Of a stretch of DNA of 64,000 nt, positions 44,272 through 52,688 are shown piece by piece. The position numbers and the translations under genes were made by a program. The notes under the pieces were generated by a model that was given only the letters and a program-made list of their open reading frames with translations, did not search any database and was not told where the DNA came from. Positions within the stretch are counted from its first letter, which is position 1. Each line of letters opens with the position of its first letter. Source of the stretch: Nanobdellota archaeon (GTDB taxonomy: Archaea > Nanobdellota > Nanobdellia > Pacearchaeales > GW2011-AR1). The stretch covers positions 72,562 to 136,561 of the forward strand of contig JAKADZ010000001.1 in assembly GCA_021818475.1 (NCBI GenBank), given 5' to 3'.

Positions 44272-44550
44272 TTATTTGTATTTATATAAACCAAAACTAT
44301 AACTTATTTCATCAATGAAATCTCCAAACATTTCATGTTGAGTATGAATCACAGCTAAATCCGAATCGTAGTTTCTGGCAATTTTTTCAATTCTCTTTCT
44401 CAATTTTCGTTTAATACTTGAATCAAAAATTCCCTGGACAGGATTAAGTTTTACTTCTCCGACGAATTCAAGTTCTTTAAAATCCAGATTGAGTAATTTC
44501 GCATTTTCTAAAGAAAGTATTATACAGGTTCCCAAATCTCTTTGTCCCAT
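44272..44550 (-). CDS. hypothetical protein
   Basis: 92-aa ORF. No family recognised. Confidence 0.5.
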   Translation of the reverse strand: MGQRDLGTCIILSLENAKLLNLDFKELEFVGEVKLNPVQGIFDSSIKRKLRKRIEKIARNYDSDLAVIHTQHEMFGDFIDEISYSFGLYKYK

Positions 44551-44600
44551 AGAAAATAAAATTAAGGATGATTTATAAGTTTTAGTTTATTTAACTAGTT

Positions 44601-45419
44601 ATGATTATGACAAAATCAGATTCGAACATTAATTTTGGCCCTTCGGGCCTCGGTCCTGTTAAAGATGCAATTTCAAATCTTGAAATGTATCATCAGCTCG
44701 GATTAAAAGCATGTGAAGTGGCTTTCACTTATGGTATATACATTAAGGAAAAAGAAGATGCAATAAAGATAGGAAAAAAAGCAGAAGAGCTCGGAATAAA
44801 ATTAAGTATTCATGCCCCTTACTGGATTAACTTAAATTCTAAAGAGAAAAAGAAAGTCGAAGAAAGCAAAAAAAGAATTTTAGACTGCTGCAAAATTGGA
44901 ACATTAATGAAAGCTTATCGGGTTGTATTTCACACAGGATTTTATTCCGGGATGGATAAGGAAGAAGCTTATGAAAATATTAAAAAAAGAATTTTGGAAA
45001 TCCAGGAAGGAATGAAAAAAGAAAAATACACTCCAAAATTAGCTCCGGAAATAATGGGAAAAGTAAATGTTTTTGGAAGTGTGGAAGAAATTTCGAGACT
45101 TTCAAAAGAAACCGGCTGCTCTTTCTGCATAGATTTCGCACACATTCTTGCAAGGTACAAAAGTTATCGCATAAAAGAGACACTTAGTGAATTTAAAGAA
45201 GCAAAAGAATTGCACATTCATTTTTCCGGAATTGAATATGGAGAAAAGGGAGAAAAAAACCATAAGAAAACCCCTGAAAAAGACCTGAAAACTCTCATAT
45301 CTGAACTGCCAAAAAATAAAGATATTGTAATCATAAATGAATCACCTTATCCGGTAGAAGATTCTGTTCTTGGATTAGCAATAAGCAGGCGTGACCACAC
45401 TCTTAAAGGGAAAACATAA
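44601..45419 (+). CDS. nfo: AP endonuclease family 2 / endonuclease IV-like TIM-barrel protein
   Basis: SIHAPYWINLNS, VVFHTG and FCIDFAHI match the metal-ligand blocks of endonuclease IV-like enzymes. The last ~6 codons (HTLKGKT*) lie within repeat copy 45400-45447. Confidence 0.65.
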   Translation: MIMTKSDSNINFGPSGLGPVKDAISNLEMYHQLGLKACEVAFTYGIYIKEKEDAIKIGKKAEELGIKLSIHAPYWINLNSKEKKKVEESKKRILDCCKIGTLMKAYRVVFHTGFYSGMDKEEAYENIKKRILEIQEGMKKEKYTPKLAPEIMGKVNVFGSVEEISRLSKETGCSFCIDFAHILARYKSYRIKETLSEFKEAKELHIHFSGIEYGEKGEKNHKKTPEKDLKTLISELPKNKDIVIINESPYPVEDSVLGLAISRRDHTLKGKT

Positions 45420-45447
45420 TAAAGAAAACCGGTTAGATGTTCTTTAC
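45400..45447 (+). repeat. solo copy of the 41696-type unit
   Basis: CTCTTAAAGGGAAAACATAATAAAGAAAACCGGTTAGATGTTCTTTA matches the first ~45 nt of the tandem unit, including the terminal GTTCTTTA seen in the last tandem copy. Confidence 0.65.
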
Positions 45448-45548
45448 CGTAGACAGAAGTAGTTTTACTCAAAAAATAAATAACATGTCCCCGCTTGTTA
45501 CTTACAATTAGTAATGTAAAAGTAGGAAATATATGTTGTCACCATAAA

Positions 45549-45556
45549 GTTTATAA
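45549..45556 (+). promoter_or_regulatory. TATA box for the S-layer-like gene
   Basis: TTTATAAA lies 55 nt upstream of the ATG at 45612. This is one of the few genes here with a predicted 5' leader. Confidence 0.45.
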
Positions 45557-45579
45557 ATGATTTTCCTCTTGAATTTTTA

Positions 45580-45598
45580 CAGAAGACAAAGTCTTCTG
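45580..45598 (+). promoter_or_regulatory. perfect 8-bp stem / 3-nt loop hairpin in the predicted 5' leader
   Basis: CAGAAGAC-AAA-GTCTTCTG, read directly. It lies between the TATA box and the ATG of the S-layer-like gene. Confidence 0.5.
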
Positions 45599-45611
45599 CA
45601 ATTAAAATAAA

Positions 45612-46769
45612 ATGAATACAAAGATGAATACAAAAAGAACTTTGGTTTCTTTTTTGTTAGTTGCAAGTGTTTTGTTGTTGGCTAGCGCAGTTAGTGCTGC
45701 TACATATGACCCAACTTCATTGACTGTAAAAGTTAATGGTGACCAGGTCACTCCATTGGCAACAACTGACTTAGGTGCTGTTACTGCAGGAAATACCTTA
45801 ACTGTTGAAGTTAAGTTTAATGCTACAGATAACACTAACCTTAAGGTTAAAGCAACACTTGAAGGATATAGCAATGATGTTGTTGTTAGCAGTCCATCAT
45901 TCGATGTTGAAAATGGGCAGACTTACACACAAACTTTAACATTGACTGTTCCTTCAGACTTTGCAAGTGACTCAGTAACTGGCGATTTCCCATTGACTAT
46001 ACAAGTAGGCGATGAAGATCAGGTTGCTGTAGGAACTTTGCATGTTCAAAAACCATCTTACGATGTTGCTATTAAGTCAATAATGGCTGATAGTACATTC
46101 TCTGCTGGACAATCTGTTCCAGTTCAGGTTCTATTAAAGAACGATGGTTACAATGACTTAAGTGACTTGTATTTGACTGTTGGAATCCCTGAATTGAACA
46201 TCCAAAAGACTGTTTATGTAGGAGATTTGGTTAACGTTGAAAACGTTGACACAGACAACAAGGCTACTGCAAGTGCTACAGTTTACTTAGACATCCCATA
46301 CGATGCTAAAGCTGGAGCAGATACACTTTCAGTTATTGCAAGTAATGACGACACAAAAACTACTGCAACACAGGCTGTAACAATAACAAACAGTATACCT
46401 GATATCGCTATGAAATCAGGAAATGATTTAGTATTGCTTAACCCTACAAACCAGTTAAAGGTTTATACAGTTGCATACAATTCAAATACTGAATCTGTTG
46501 TTGTACCTGCTGCTTCAAGTAAGACAGTTTCAATAGACACTCCAACAAGCGGTGACTACAAATTTGACGTTACTGTTTCAGAAGGAACTACTGTTTTGGA
46601 TACTGTTAACTTCAGCGGTTCAGCTCAATCAACTATGGACTTAACAAGCCCGGTTTTCGTATTGACAGTTATACTGGCAATCGTTTTCTTGGTTTTGTTG
46701 GTTGTATTGGTTGTTTTGATAACAAAGAAACCACAAAAAACTGAAGAGTTCGGTGAAAGTTATTACTAA
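45612..46769 (+). CDS. S-layer-like / major surface protein candidate (signal peptide, beta-rich ectodomain, C-terminal TM anchor)
   Basis: Signal peptide LVSFLLVASVLLLASAVSA. The ectodomain is T/V/S/D-rich with a CARDB-like segment. The C-terminal TM helix is VFVLTVILAIVFLVLLVVLVVLI, followed by KKPQK. Its composition differs from neighbours in the way expected for a highly expressed gene, and T-rich tracts follow the stop. Confidence 0.75.
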   Translation: MNTKMNTKRTLVSFLLVASVLLLASAVSAATYDPTSLTVKVNGDQVTPLATTDLGAVTAGNTLTVEVKFNATDNTNLKVKATLEGYSNDVVVSSPSFDVENGQTYTQTLTLTVPSDFASDSVTGDFPLTIQVGDEDQVAVGTLHVQKPSYDVAIKSIMADSTFSAGQSVPVQVLLKNDGYNDLSDLYLTVGIPELNIQKTVYVGDLVNVENVDTDNKATASATVYLDIPYDAKAGADTLSVIASNDDTKTTATQAVTITNSIPDIAMKSGNDLVLLNPTNQLKVYTVAYNSNTESVVVPAASSKTVSIDTPTSGDYKFDVTVSEGTTVLDTVNFSGSAQSTMDLTSPVFVLTVILAIVFLVLLVVLVVLITKKPQKTEEFGESYY

Positions 46770-46876
46770 ATAAGTAAATAATTTTTATTTTATTTTTATT
46801 TTATTTTTATACTCTTCAAAAAGAGGTGATAATTTTTTATATAAATATTTAAAAAATATTTTCTCTTTAAAAAATT

Positions 46877-47293
46877 ATGAATGGATATGATGACATTGAT
46901 AGATTAGGATTAATTCTAAGCTTAAACACAGTTAGGCATTACATTAAAAATAAAACCAGTCCGATAACAAAAACCACACAATTTTATATCGATGAAACAA
47001 GCCAATTTTTCAGAACATTAAAAGAGAATGCTATGGGTTGCCTATATCCCCGAAAGAGAACTATAGACTTTGCTTCTGGATACATCTTCGCAGATAAATT
47101 CAGGGAAATAAATGACATAATTTCTCCGATTATAGATCCAAATTCAAGAGAAGAATTTTTAAGAAGAGTAAGAAAAATAAGGGGGATTGAAAAACAATTA
47201 ATAGAATTAAAAGAAAACACAAAAGATTTTTATGAAACTGCAAATGCAGAGGAATTAGCAGAAATTTGCAAAAAAATAGGTTTAATATTATGA
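46877..47293 (+). CDS. hypothetical protein
   Basis: 138-aa ORF. No family recognised. Confidence 0.5.
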   Translation: MNGYDDIDRLGLILSLNTVRHYIKNKTSPITKTTQFYIDETSQFFRTLKENAMGCLYPRKRTIDFASGYIFADKFREINDIISPIIDPNSREEFLRRVRKIRGIEKQLIELKENTKDFYETANAEELAEICKKIGLIL

Positions 47294-47307
47294 TTTTATC
47301 AACCAGT

Positions 47308-47632
47308 CTTTTTTTTCTTTATCGCCCTTTTTTGAAATATAATAATTAATCAATTTTATCTAAAACCCGCATTAAAAATTTTCCCCATTAATAATTTTCA
47401 TCGGAAATTTTTCCTCAACGAAAGTGAGTGATTTCGCGAATGCCAGAAATATTAAATGCAATGAGCTGGGTCGCGAATTAGGAAAAATTTCATTTATCTC
47501 AAAAAATTCTTATCAGGCATGACCACAAATTTAGTGGGAAGGTCAGGCCGAGCATTTGCACGAATGCAGAAAATATCAATGGTAATGAGTGCGGGTGCGA
47601 GTTAACGAAACCGGAAGTGTCGTCGCATTTTT
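47308..47632 (+). repeat. composite GC-enriched intergenic repeat (module B followed by long module A, copy 2)
   Basis: Positions 47308-47515 align with 52975-53195 (for example GATTTCGCGAATGCCAGAAATATTAAATGCAATGAGCTGGGTCGCGAAT versus ...CCAAAAATATTAAATGCAATGAGCGAGGTCGCAAAT). Positions 47524-47632 align with 8167-8265. The repeat fills the whole spacer between ORF 46877..47293 and smc. Confidence 0.7.
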
Positions 47633-47657
47633 TGCACTTTTCCTCCGGATGTATCGT

Positions 47658-50534
47658 TCACTTTTTTTCCTGATTATCAAGTTTCAAACTTACAACTTTC
47701 GAAATTCCCTCAGACATGCTTATTCCGTAAAGATTTGTAGAGTTAGCCATTACTTCATCATTGTGTGTGATAACTATATACTGTCCTTTCTGCATATATT
47801 TTTTCAAAAGTTCCCCCAGTCTTTCTGAATTTCTTTTATCCAAAGCAGCATCAATTTCATCAAAAACATAAAAAGGATATGGTTTAAGTTCCTGAATCGC
47901 AAAAATTAAAGACAAAGCAACAAGAGTTTGCTCTCCTCCTGAAAGGGATTTAACATCAAAATATTTCCCGTGTCCTGTTTTGACAGTTATATTAACTCCC
48001 CCATTAAACGGCTCTTTCTGATCTTCCAGGTCAAGGGAAACAGTCCCCTTCTGGCTAAGCTGGGAGAAATTTCTGGAGAAAATTTCATTAAGCGAATTAA
48101 GGGTCTGCAAAAATGTTTTCTTCTTCTTAATATCAATCTCATGGATTATCTTCAAAATTCCATCTTTCTCCTTGGCGATAGTATCAGTTTTTTCTTTAAT
48201 GGAATCGTATTCTTTTTTTATCTCATCATAAACTTCAAGGGAACGAAGATTAACACTCCCAATCTGTGAAAGCATTTCCTGAGTCCTGATTAATTTTTCA
48301 GAAAGTATTTCCTTACTGGCTTTGATTATTTCCACATTAGGGAAGTCAAGCATTTCAGTCTCAAAATTCTCAATCTCTGCATTTATTTTGGCGGATTCAA
48401 TTTTCAGATTGTTAAATTCGCTTTCAAAATTATAAATTGTATTTTGTTTCTTTGAAATTTCTATTTCAGAATCACGGATATTTCTCTGCAGTGAATCTCT
48501 TTCTAAGATCATTTTCTTGAATTTTTCAGTAAGCTCAAATTCCTGTTTTTTCTTTTTTTCAAGGGCACTTTCTTTTTCAGTCATTCCTTTTTTAACTTCT
48601 CCAAGTTCAGAAGCCAGATCTTCCTCTTCCCTGAAAATCTGTTTGAGGGAAATTCTTGAGCGCTCAAGTTCTCGGGCTTTAAAGGAGATTTCAGAATCAA
48701 CATTCTCCTGATTTCTTAAAGACATTTCCTGAACTTCAATCCTCGCAGTCTCATATTTCTGCTCAATGTTAGAATTTTCATCAAACGAGCTCCCAAGAGT
48801 TTTTTCTCTCTTATTTAATTCAGCAAGCTCTCCCTTAAGGTAATCAATTTTCTCCTGCAAAACTTTCATCTGATTTTGTTTATCATGAATGCTTGAAATT
48901 TTCATAAGGTCTGAATTTCCTCTGGCGATGTCGGTATTAAGCTGTTCAATTTCCTGATTCAGGATATTTTTTTTGTTATAAATTTCATTAATTTCTTTGT
49001 CGGAATTTTCAACTTCTTTTTCAAGAGCTTCTATTTTTTCATGAATCTCCCCGTGGATAGAATCAATATGTTCTTTGGTAATCCTGCTTTTGCAAAGGGG
49101 ACAGATATCCATTTTTGAAATTTTTTCAATAGTTTTTTTCTCTTTGTCAATTTCAATTTCATTTGCCCCTGACAATTTTTCTAGGGAGATTTCTCTTTTA
49201 ATAAGGCTCTCAAGAAGATTTTTCTTTTCTGAAATTGAACTTTTCAGGATGTCAATTTTTTCCGGAGTCATTTTGGCATCTGAAAGCTCCTGGGATACGG
49301 ACTTAATTTGTTTAAGCAAAAAATCAGATTCATTAAGATAAGAATTCATCGTATTATTTTTATCCTGAATTCTTTCTTTAAGAGATTTTAATTCAGATTT
49401 TATCGTATAAAATTTCTTTCTCTGTTCCTCTAGTTTTTCAAGTTCACGTTTTTTCGTCTCAATGTCTTTTTGATTTTTTATAACTGAAGGCGCGCCTTTT
49501 TGCATTTCTTTTATCTGCAGTTCGAGATTACGGATAGTTTCCTGAACATCAACTTTCTGTTTGGATAATGAATTAATTTTATTCTCATGACTTTCTCTTC
49601 GGACATTCATACCTGCCAAATCAGCCCTTAAATCTGCAATTTCTTTATTCAGTCTTTCCTGCTCTAATCCTGTTGATTTCTGGATAGTGGAATTTATCGT
49701 AGATATTTTAGATTCAAGATTTTCTATTGAAGTTCTTATTTCCAGAATTATCTTTTTTTCTTTTTCAATTTCCTTTGTCTTGTTTGAAATTTTTGAATTA
49801 ATTTCCTCGGAAATTTTTTTCTTCTGGGCGATATCAGAATAAATAATGCTTGCTTTGAACTTTTTTACATCTGACTCTAATTTCTTGAATTTCAAAGCCT
49901 GCTGTCTTTCTTTTTCAAGATTATTAAGATAAATTGTTCTCTCACGAAGAATTGCCAGCACATCTTTCAGTTTTTCCTCGGTTTTTTCAAGTTCGCTGAG
50001 AGATTTTTCTTTCCTCATTTCATATACAGAAATTCCTGAAACTTCCTCGATAACTTTCCTTCTTTCTTCAGGCTGCATTCTTACAAAATTCTGAATTTCT
50101 CCCTGAAGGACTATGTTAAATCCGTTTGGATCAATCCCTCCCTGAGCAAGCAGAGATAAAACATCCTGCCTGGTTTTGGTTTCGGAATTTATTCTGTAAA
50201 TGCTCTGTCCGTTTCTTCTTACAATTCTTTTTATCAAAATTTCATCACTTTCAACAGAAAAAGTTCTGTCAGAATTGTCAAGAACAATTTCAACAATTGC
50301 TTCTTTTGCAGGCGCAGCAGCCTTGCTTCCGAGAAAAATTAAATTGCCCGCCTTTGCAGCCCTCATTGATTTTATGCTGAGTCTTCCGAGAACAAAACAT
50401 AATGCATCAGATACATTGCTTTTGCCGCTTCCATTTGCTCCGACAATAACATTTATTCCTGAAGAAAGAGGGATTTCTGTTTTTCTAACAAAACTTTTGA
50501 AACCATGCATCACCAATTTTTTTATATAAATCAT
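47658..50534 (-). CDS. smc: chromosome segregation protein SMC
   Basis: N-terminal IKKLVMHGFKSF and Walker A GANGSGKSN, long coiled coils, a hinge region, and C-terminal LSGGEQTLVALSLIFAIQ plus Walker B FYVFDEIDAALD. The track ORF has 5 extra N-terminal codons (start 50549). Confidence 0.93.
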   Translation of the reverse strand: MIYIKKLVMHGFKSFVRKTEIPLSSGINVIVGANGSGKSNVSDALCFVLGRLSIKSMRAAKAGNLIFLGSKAAAPAKEAIVEIVLDNSDRTFSVESDEILIKRIVRRNGQSIYRINSETKTRQDVLSLLAQGGIDPNGFNIVLQGEIQNFVRMQPEERRKVIEEVSGISVYEMRKEKSLSELEKTEEKLKDVLAILRERTIYLNNLEKERQQALKFKKLESDVKKFKASIIYSDIAQKKKISEEINSKISNKTKEIEKEKKIILEIRTSIENLESKISTINSTIQKSTGLEQERLNKEIADLRADLAGMNVRRESHENKINSLSKQKVDVQETIRNLELQIKEMQKGAPSVIKNQKDIETKKRELEKLEEQRKKFYTIKSELKSLKERIQDKNNTMNSYLNESDFLLKQIKSVSQELSDAKMTPEKIDILKSSISEKKNLLESLIKREISLEKLSGANEIEIDKEKKTIEKISKMDICPLCKSRITKEHIDSIHGEIHEKIEALEKEVENSDKEINEIYNKKNILNQEIEQLNTDIARGNSDLMKISSIHDKQNQMKVLQEKIDYLKGELAELNKREKTLGSSFDENSNIEQKYETARIEVQEMSLRNQENVDSEISFKARELERSRISLKQIFREEEDLASELGEVKKGMTEKESALEKKKKQEFELTEKFKKMILERDSLQRNIRDSEIEISKKQNTIYNFESEFNNLKIESAKINAEIENFETEMLDFPNVEIIKASKEILSEKLIRTQEMLSQIGSVNLRSLEVYDEIKKEYDSIKEKTDTIAKEKDGILKIIHEIDIKKKKTFLQTLNSLNEIFSRNFSQLSQKGTVSLDLEDQKEPFNGGVNITVKTGHGKYFDVKSLSGGEQTLVALSLIFAIQELKPYPFYVFDEIDAALDKRNSERLGELLKKYMQKGQYIVITHNDEVMANSTNLYGISMSEGISKVVSLKLDNQEKK

Positions 50535-50579
50535 AATAACAAGAGACAAAAGATATTTTTAAAGTTTAATGGGATGATT

Positions 50580-50849
50580 TTATCTTAATCTTAAGCCTAA
50601 TATGAATATAATTGCACAACAAATAAAATTTAAACCGGTTACAATTCTAACCAAAACATCCTGTAATATGAACAAGGAATATAAAAACACAATCACCGAA
50701 CTTAAAGTCCAGATAAAATAAGAAGTGAGGTTCGCGCTTTTTTTCTTATGGATTAACAAATCTTTCATTGTGGGAAGATATCCAATAGTAGCAATAATCC
50801 CCGTGCTCGCATATGCAATCATCAACAATTTTAATAATAATTCAACCAT
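50580..50849 (-). CDS. 3-TM PQ-loop / SemiSWEET-like small membrane protein
   Basis: 89 aa with three helices. IGYLPTMKDLLIHKKKSANLTSYFIW resembles the PQ-loop motif region. Medium-low certainty. Confidence 0.5.
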   Translation of the reverse strand: MVELLLKLLMIAYASTGIIATIGYLPTMKDLLIHKKKSANLTSYFIWTLSSVIVFLYSLFILQDVLVRIVTGLNFICCAIIFILGLRLR

Positions 50850-50873
50850 AAATCAGATAAGATTTTTGAGTTT

Positions 50874-51176
50874 TTAAGTATTAATAGAACCATACAATAA
50901 TTCAATTGCTTCAATTGCTTCAATTGTGTGGAATTCACCGCCATTTCGATAAAAAGTTTTTCCATCTGAATAAGTTACAGAATCTACTCTTTCAAAAAGA
51001 TGTTCAGCCCCAGATAATATTTCCCCTGTCATTGGTCTTAAACAAGGTTTATTCAATGTATAACCGATACAATCCCCTGATCCTAAATCTCTACGGATTT
51101 CTCTACAACTTTTTACATTTTGTATTATAAACAAACAAGTTTCTTTCCAATTTGTTAGATCTAATTTGATTGCCAT
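50874..51176 (-). CDS. hypothetical protein
   Basis: 100-aa ORF directly abutting the rnhB stop. No family recognised. Confidence 0.5.
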   Translation of the reverse strand: MAIKLDLTNWKETCLFIIQNVKSCREIRRDLGSGDCIGYTLNKPCLRPMTGEILSGAEHLFERVDSVTYSDGKTFYRNGGEFHTIEAIEAIELLYGSINT

Positions 51177-51848
51177 TTAAGCAGCTTCCAGTTTTTGTTG
51201 TTCAGCTACAGAGCACGCTTCTCTCCATGTGCTCCAGGTTTTTCTGAATATTCCGTCATCTTTGTGATTTTTCAGATTTTTCTCTAAAAATTTTTTCGTA
51301 TTAGGATCTGAACAATAACCAGAACCAATTTCACTGCCATATTGTTCCCTTAATTTATCCATTTCTGTTTCTCTGACGCACTTTGCAAGAATTGATGCTG
51401 CAGAGACAGCAACGTATTTGACATCTGCCTTGTGTTCACAGACTATTTCAAGATTTGAAAGATTGTCTATTTTTGTCATGAAAAAATCTCTCCATTTTTC
51501 TATATTTACTGAAGGGCAATCAACGATTACTTTTATTTTGTTAAATCCTTTATTTATCTTATTTACAACATCCGCCATTTTCATAGCTTCCAGAGAATTC
51601 AGATTTATTCCGTCATGATTCTTGCCGTCAATTTCATTAGGGTAAGCTAATACAATTTCAAAAGTTTCAGCGACGTCTTTTATCTGTTCAGAAAGAAATT
51701 CTCTCCGTTTTTGGGTTAATTGTTTGGAGTCTTTTACGCCTAATTTTTTTAATTTCTTCTCGACATTTTCATCAATCAGGCATCCTGCTAAGACCATCGG
51801 CCCTATAACCGGCCCTCTTCCAGCGTCATCAATTCCTAATATTAGCAT
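51177..51848 (-). CDS. rnhB: ribonuclease HII
   Basis: N-terminal GIDDAGRGPVIGPMV (catalytic DxG...), DSK, and the ASILAK block. Confidence 0.93.
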   Translation of the reverse strand: MLILGIDDAGRGPVIGPMVLAGCLIDENVEKKLKKLGVKDSKQLTQKRREFLSEQIKDVAETFEIVLAYPNEIDGKNHDGINLNSLEAMKMADVVNKINKGFNKIKVIVDCPSVNIEKWRDFFMTKIDNLSNLEIVCEHKADVKYVAVSAASILAKCVRETEMDKLREQYGSEIGSGYCSDPNTKKFLEKNLKNHKDDGIFRKTWSTWREACSVAEQQKLEAA

Positions 51849-51882
51849 AGAACTCAGACATTTGCAACGTTTATAAATTTAA

Positions 51883-52353
51883 TTAGAAAGGAATCTTATA
51901 TTCTTCTTCAGGAAGTTCCATTTTTTCGAATCCAAAAAAAGCTCTAACTTCATTGTTTGGGAATACTATTGAATTTTCATATGAATAACCTTCAGTAAGT
52001 CTATGATAAATAAGATCTCTAAATGCAGTATCATATTGATATTTATATTTCGGGGTTCGAATATCTAAATCTCTGTCCAAACCATTAACAATTCTCTCTA
52101 AAGCTTTTTCAAATAATTTCCTTTTCCCACGATTATGCAAAGAATAGAGATGAGAATACCACTCGGGGTTATGGGAATCAGCTACCCTGATTTTATGATC
52201 ATGATGAGTTTGAACCGGGGCAGGAGTCAAGACAACACTAAGTCTTTTAGAAGATAACTCTTCATATAAAAATTTACTTTCCTGAATAAAAAATTCTCTG
52301 ATAGAATCCGGCAAATAAGAAAGTCTTTTTTCCGGAGCCCAAACCTCTTTCAT
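51883..52353 (-). CDS. hypothetical protein
   Basis: 156-aa ORF. No family recognised. Confidence 0.55.
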   Translation of the reverse strand: MKEVWAPEKRLSYLPDSIREFFIQESKFLYEELSSKRLSVVLTPAPVQTHHDHKIRVADSHNPEWYSHLYSLHNRGKRKLFEKALERIVNGLDRDLDIRTPKYKYQYDTAFRDLIYHRLTEGYSYENSIVFPNNEVRAFFGFEKMELPEEEYKIPF

Positions 52354-52447
52354 TTCAAGGAACAGAATCGGCTATTTTTAAGGATTTATTCAGTCATAAA
52401 ATGATATTTTTTATTGCAGTTTTTCACGGAATTTCCTAAAAAGAAAC

Positions 52448-52455
52448 CTATAAAA
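52448..52455 (+). promoter_or_regulatory. TATA-like box for the tRNA pair
   Basis: CTATAAAA lies 24 nt upstream of the tRNA-iMet 5' end (52480). Confidence 0.45.
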
Positions 52456-52479
52456 GGAGAAATATCTCTTCAATATTAT

Positions 52480-52597
52480 AGCGGGGTGGAGCAGCCTGGA
52501 GTGCTCGTCGGGCCCATAAGCAAATCCGTAGGTTTGTATTCCTACGCTGTCGCATAGGAAACCCGAAGGTCGTGTGGTTCAAATCCCACCCCCGCTA
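52480..52597 (+). tRNA. initiator tRNA-Met (anticodon CAT) with ~42-nt intron at the canonical 37/38 position
   Basis: Acceptor AGCGGGG/CCCCGCT (A1:U72) and anticodon stem TCGGG/CCCGA (three G-C pairs 29-31:39-41) are initiator hallmarks. The loop is CCCATA, followed by the intron at ~52519-52560, which contains its own hairpin CGTAGG/CCTACG. The T arm has one extra nucleotide (GTGTGG versus CCCAC). Confidence 0.85.
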
Positions 52598-52617
52598 TTC
52601 CATAAAATGGAAATTAG

Positions 52618-52688
52618 CCCCTCATAGCATAGTGGTAATGCAGTCGGCTGTAGACCGGCGTATCCAAGTTCGATTCTTGGTGAGGGGA
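52618..52688 (+). tRNA. tRNA-Tyr (anticodon GTA)
   Basis: Acceptor CCCCTCA/TGAGGGG with the archaeal/eukaryal C1:G72 identity pair, D stem GCAT/ATGC, anticodon stem GTCGG/CCGGC, loop CTGTAGA, T arm CCAAG-TTCGATT-CTTGG, discriminator A. Confidence 0.92.

Noticed and set aside
47481-47657. Reading the repeat family as a Cys-containing peptide gene (HKFSGKVRPSICTNAENINGNECGCELTKPEVSS...), possibly a RiPP-like precursor or a conserved C-terminal extension
   Set aside because: - The frame is open in both long copies, and KFSGK...KPEVS recurs in the short copies.
- The long copies have no start codon in frame.
- The copies are identical at the nucleotide level over the core, so there is no evidence of selection on the protein.
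- The differences between the module B copies that I examined showed no evident 3-nt periodicity.
- It is better explained as a DNA or RNA element. The oddity is noted in the findings.
47589-47828. 79-aa plus-strand track ORF
   Set aside because: It starts inside repeat module A and runs antisense into the 3' end of smc.
50906-50925. Short tandem duplication GCTTCAATT GCTTCAATT inside ORF 50874..51176 (encodes EAIEAIE)
   Set aside because: It is a simple in-frame 9-nt duplication with no further structure and is not informative on its own.
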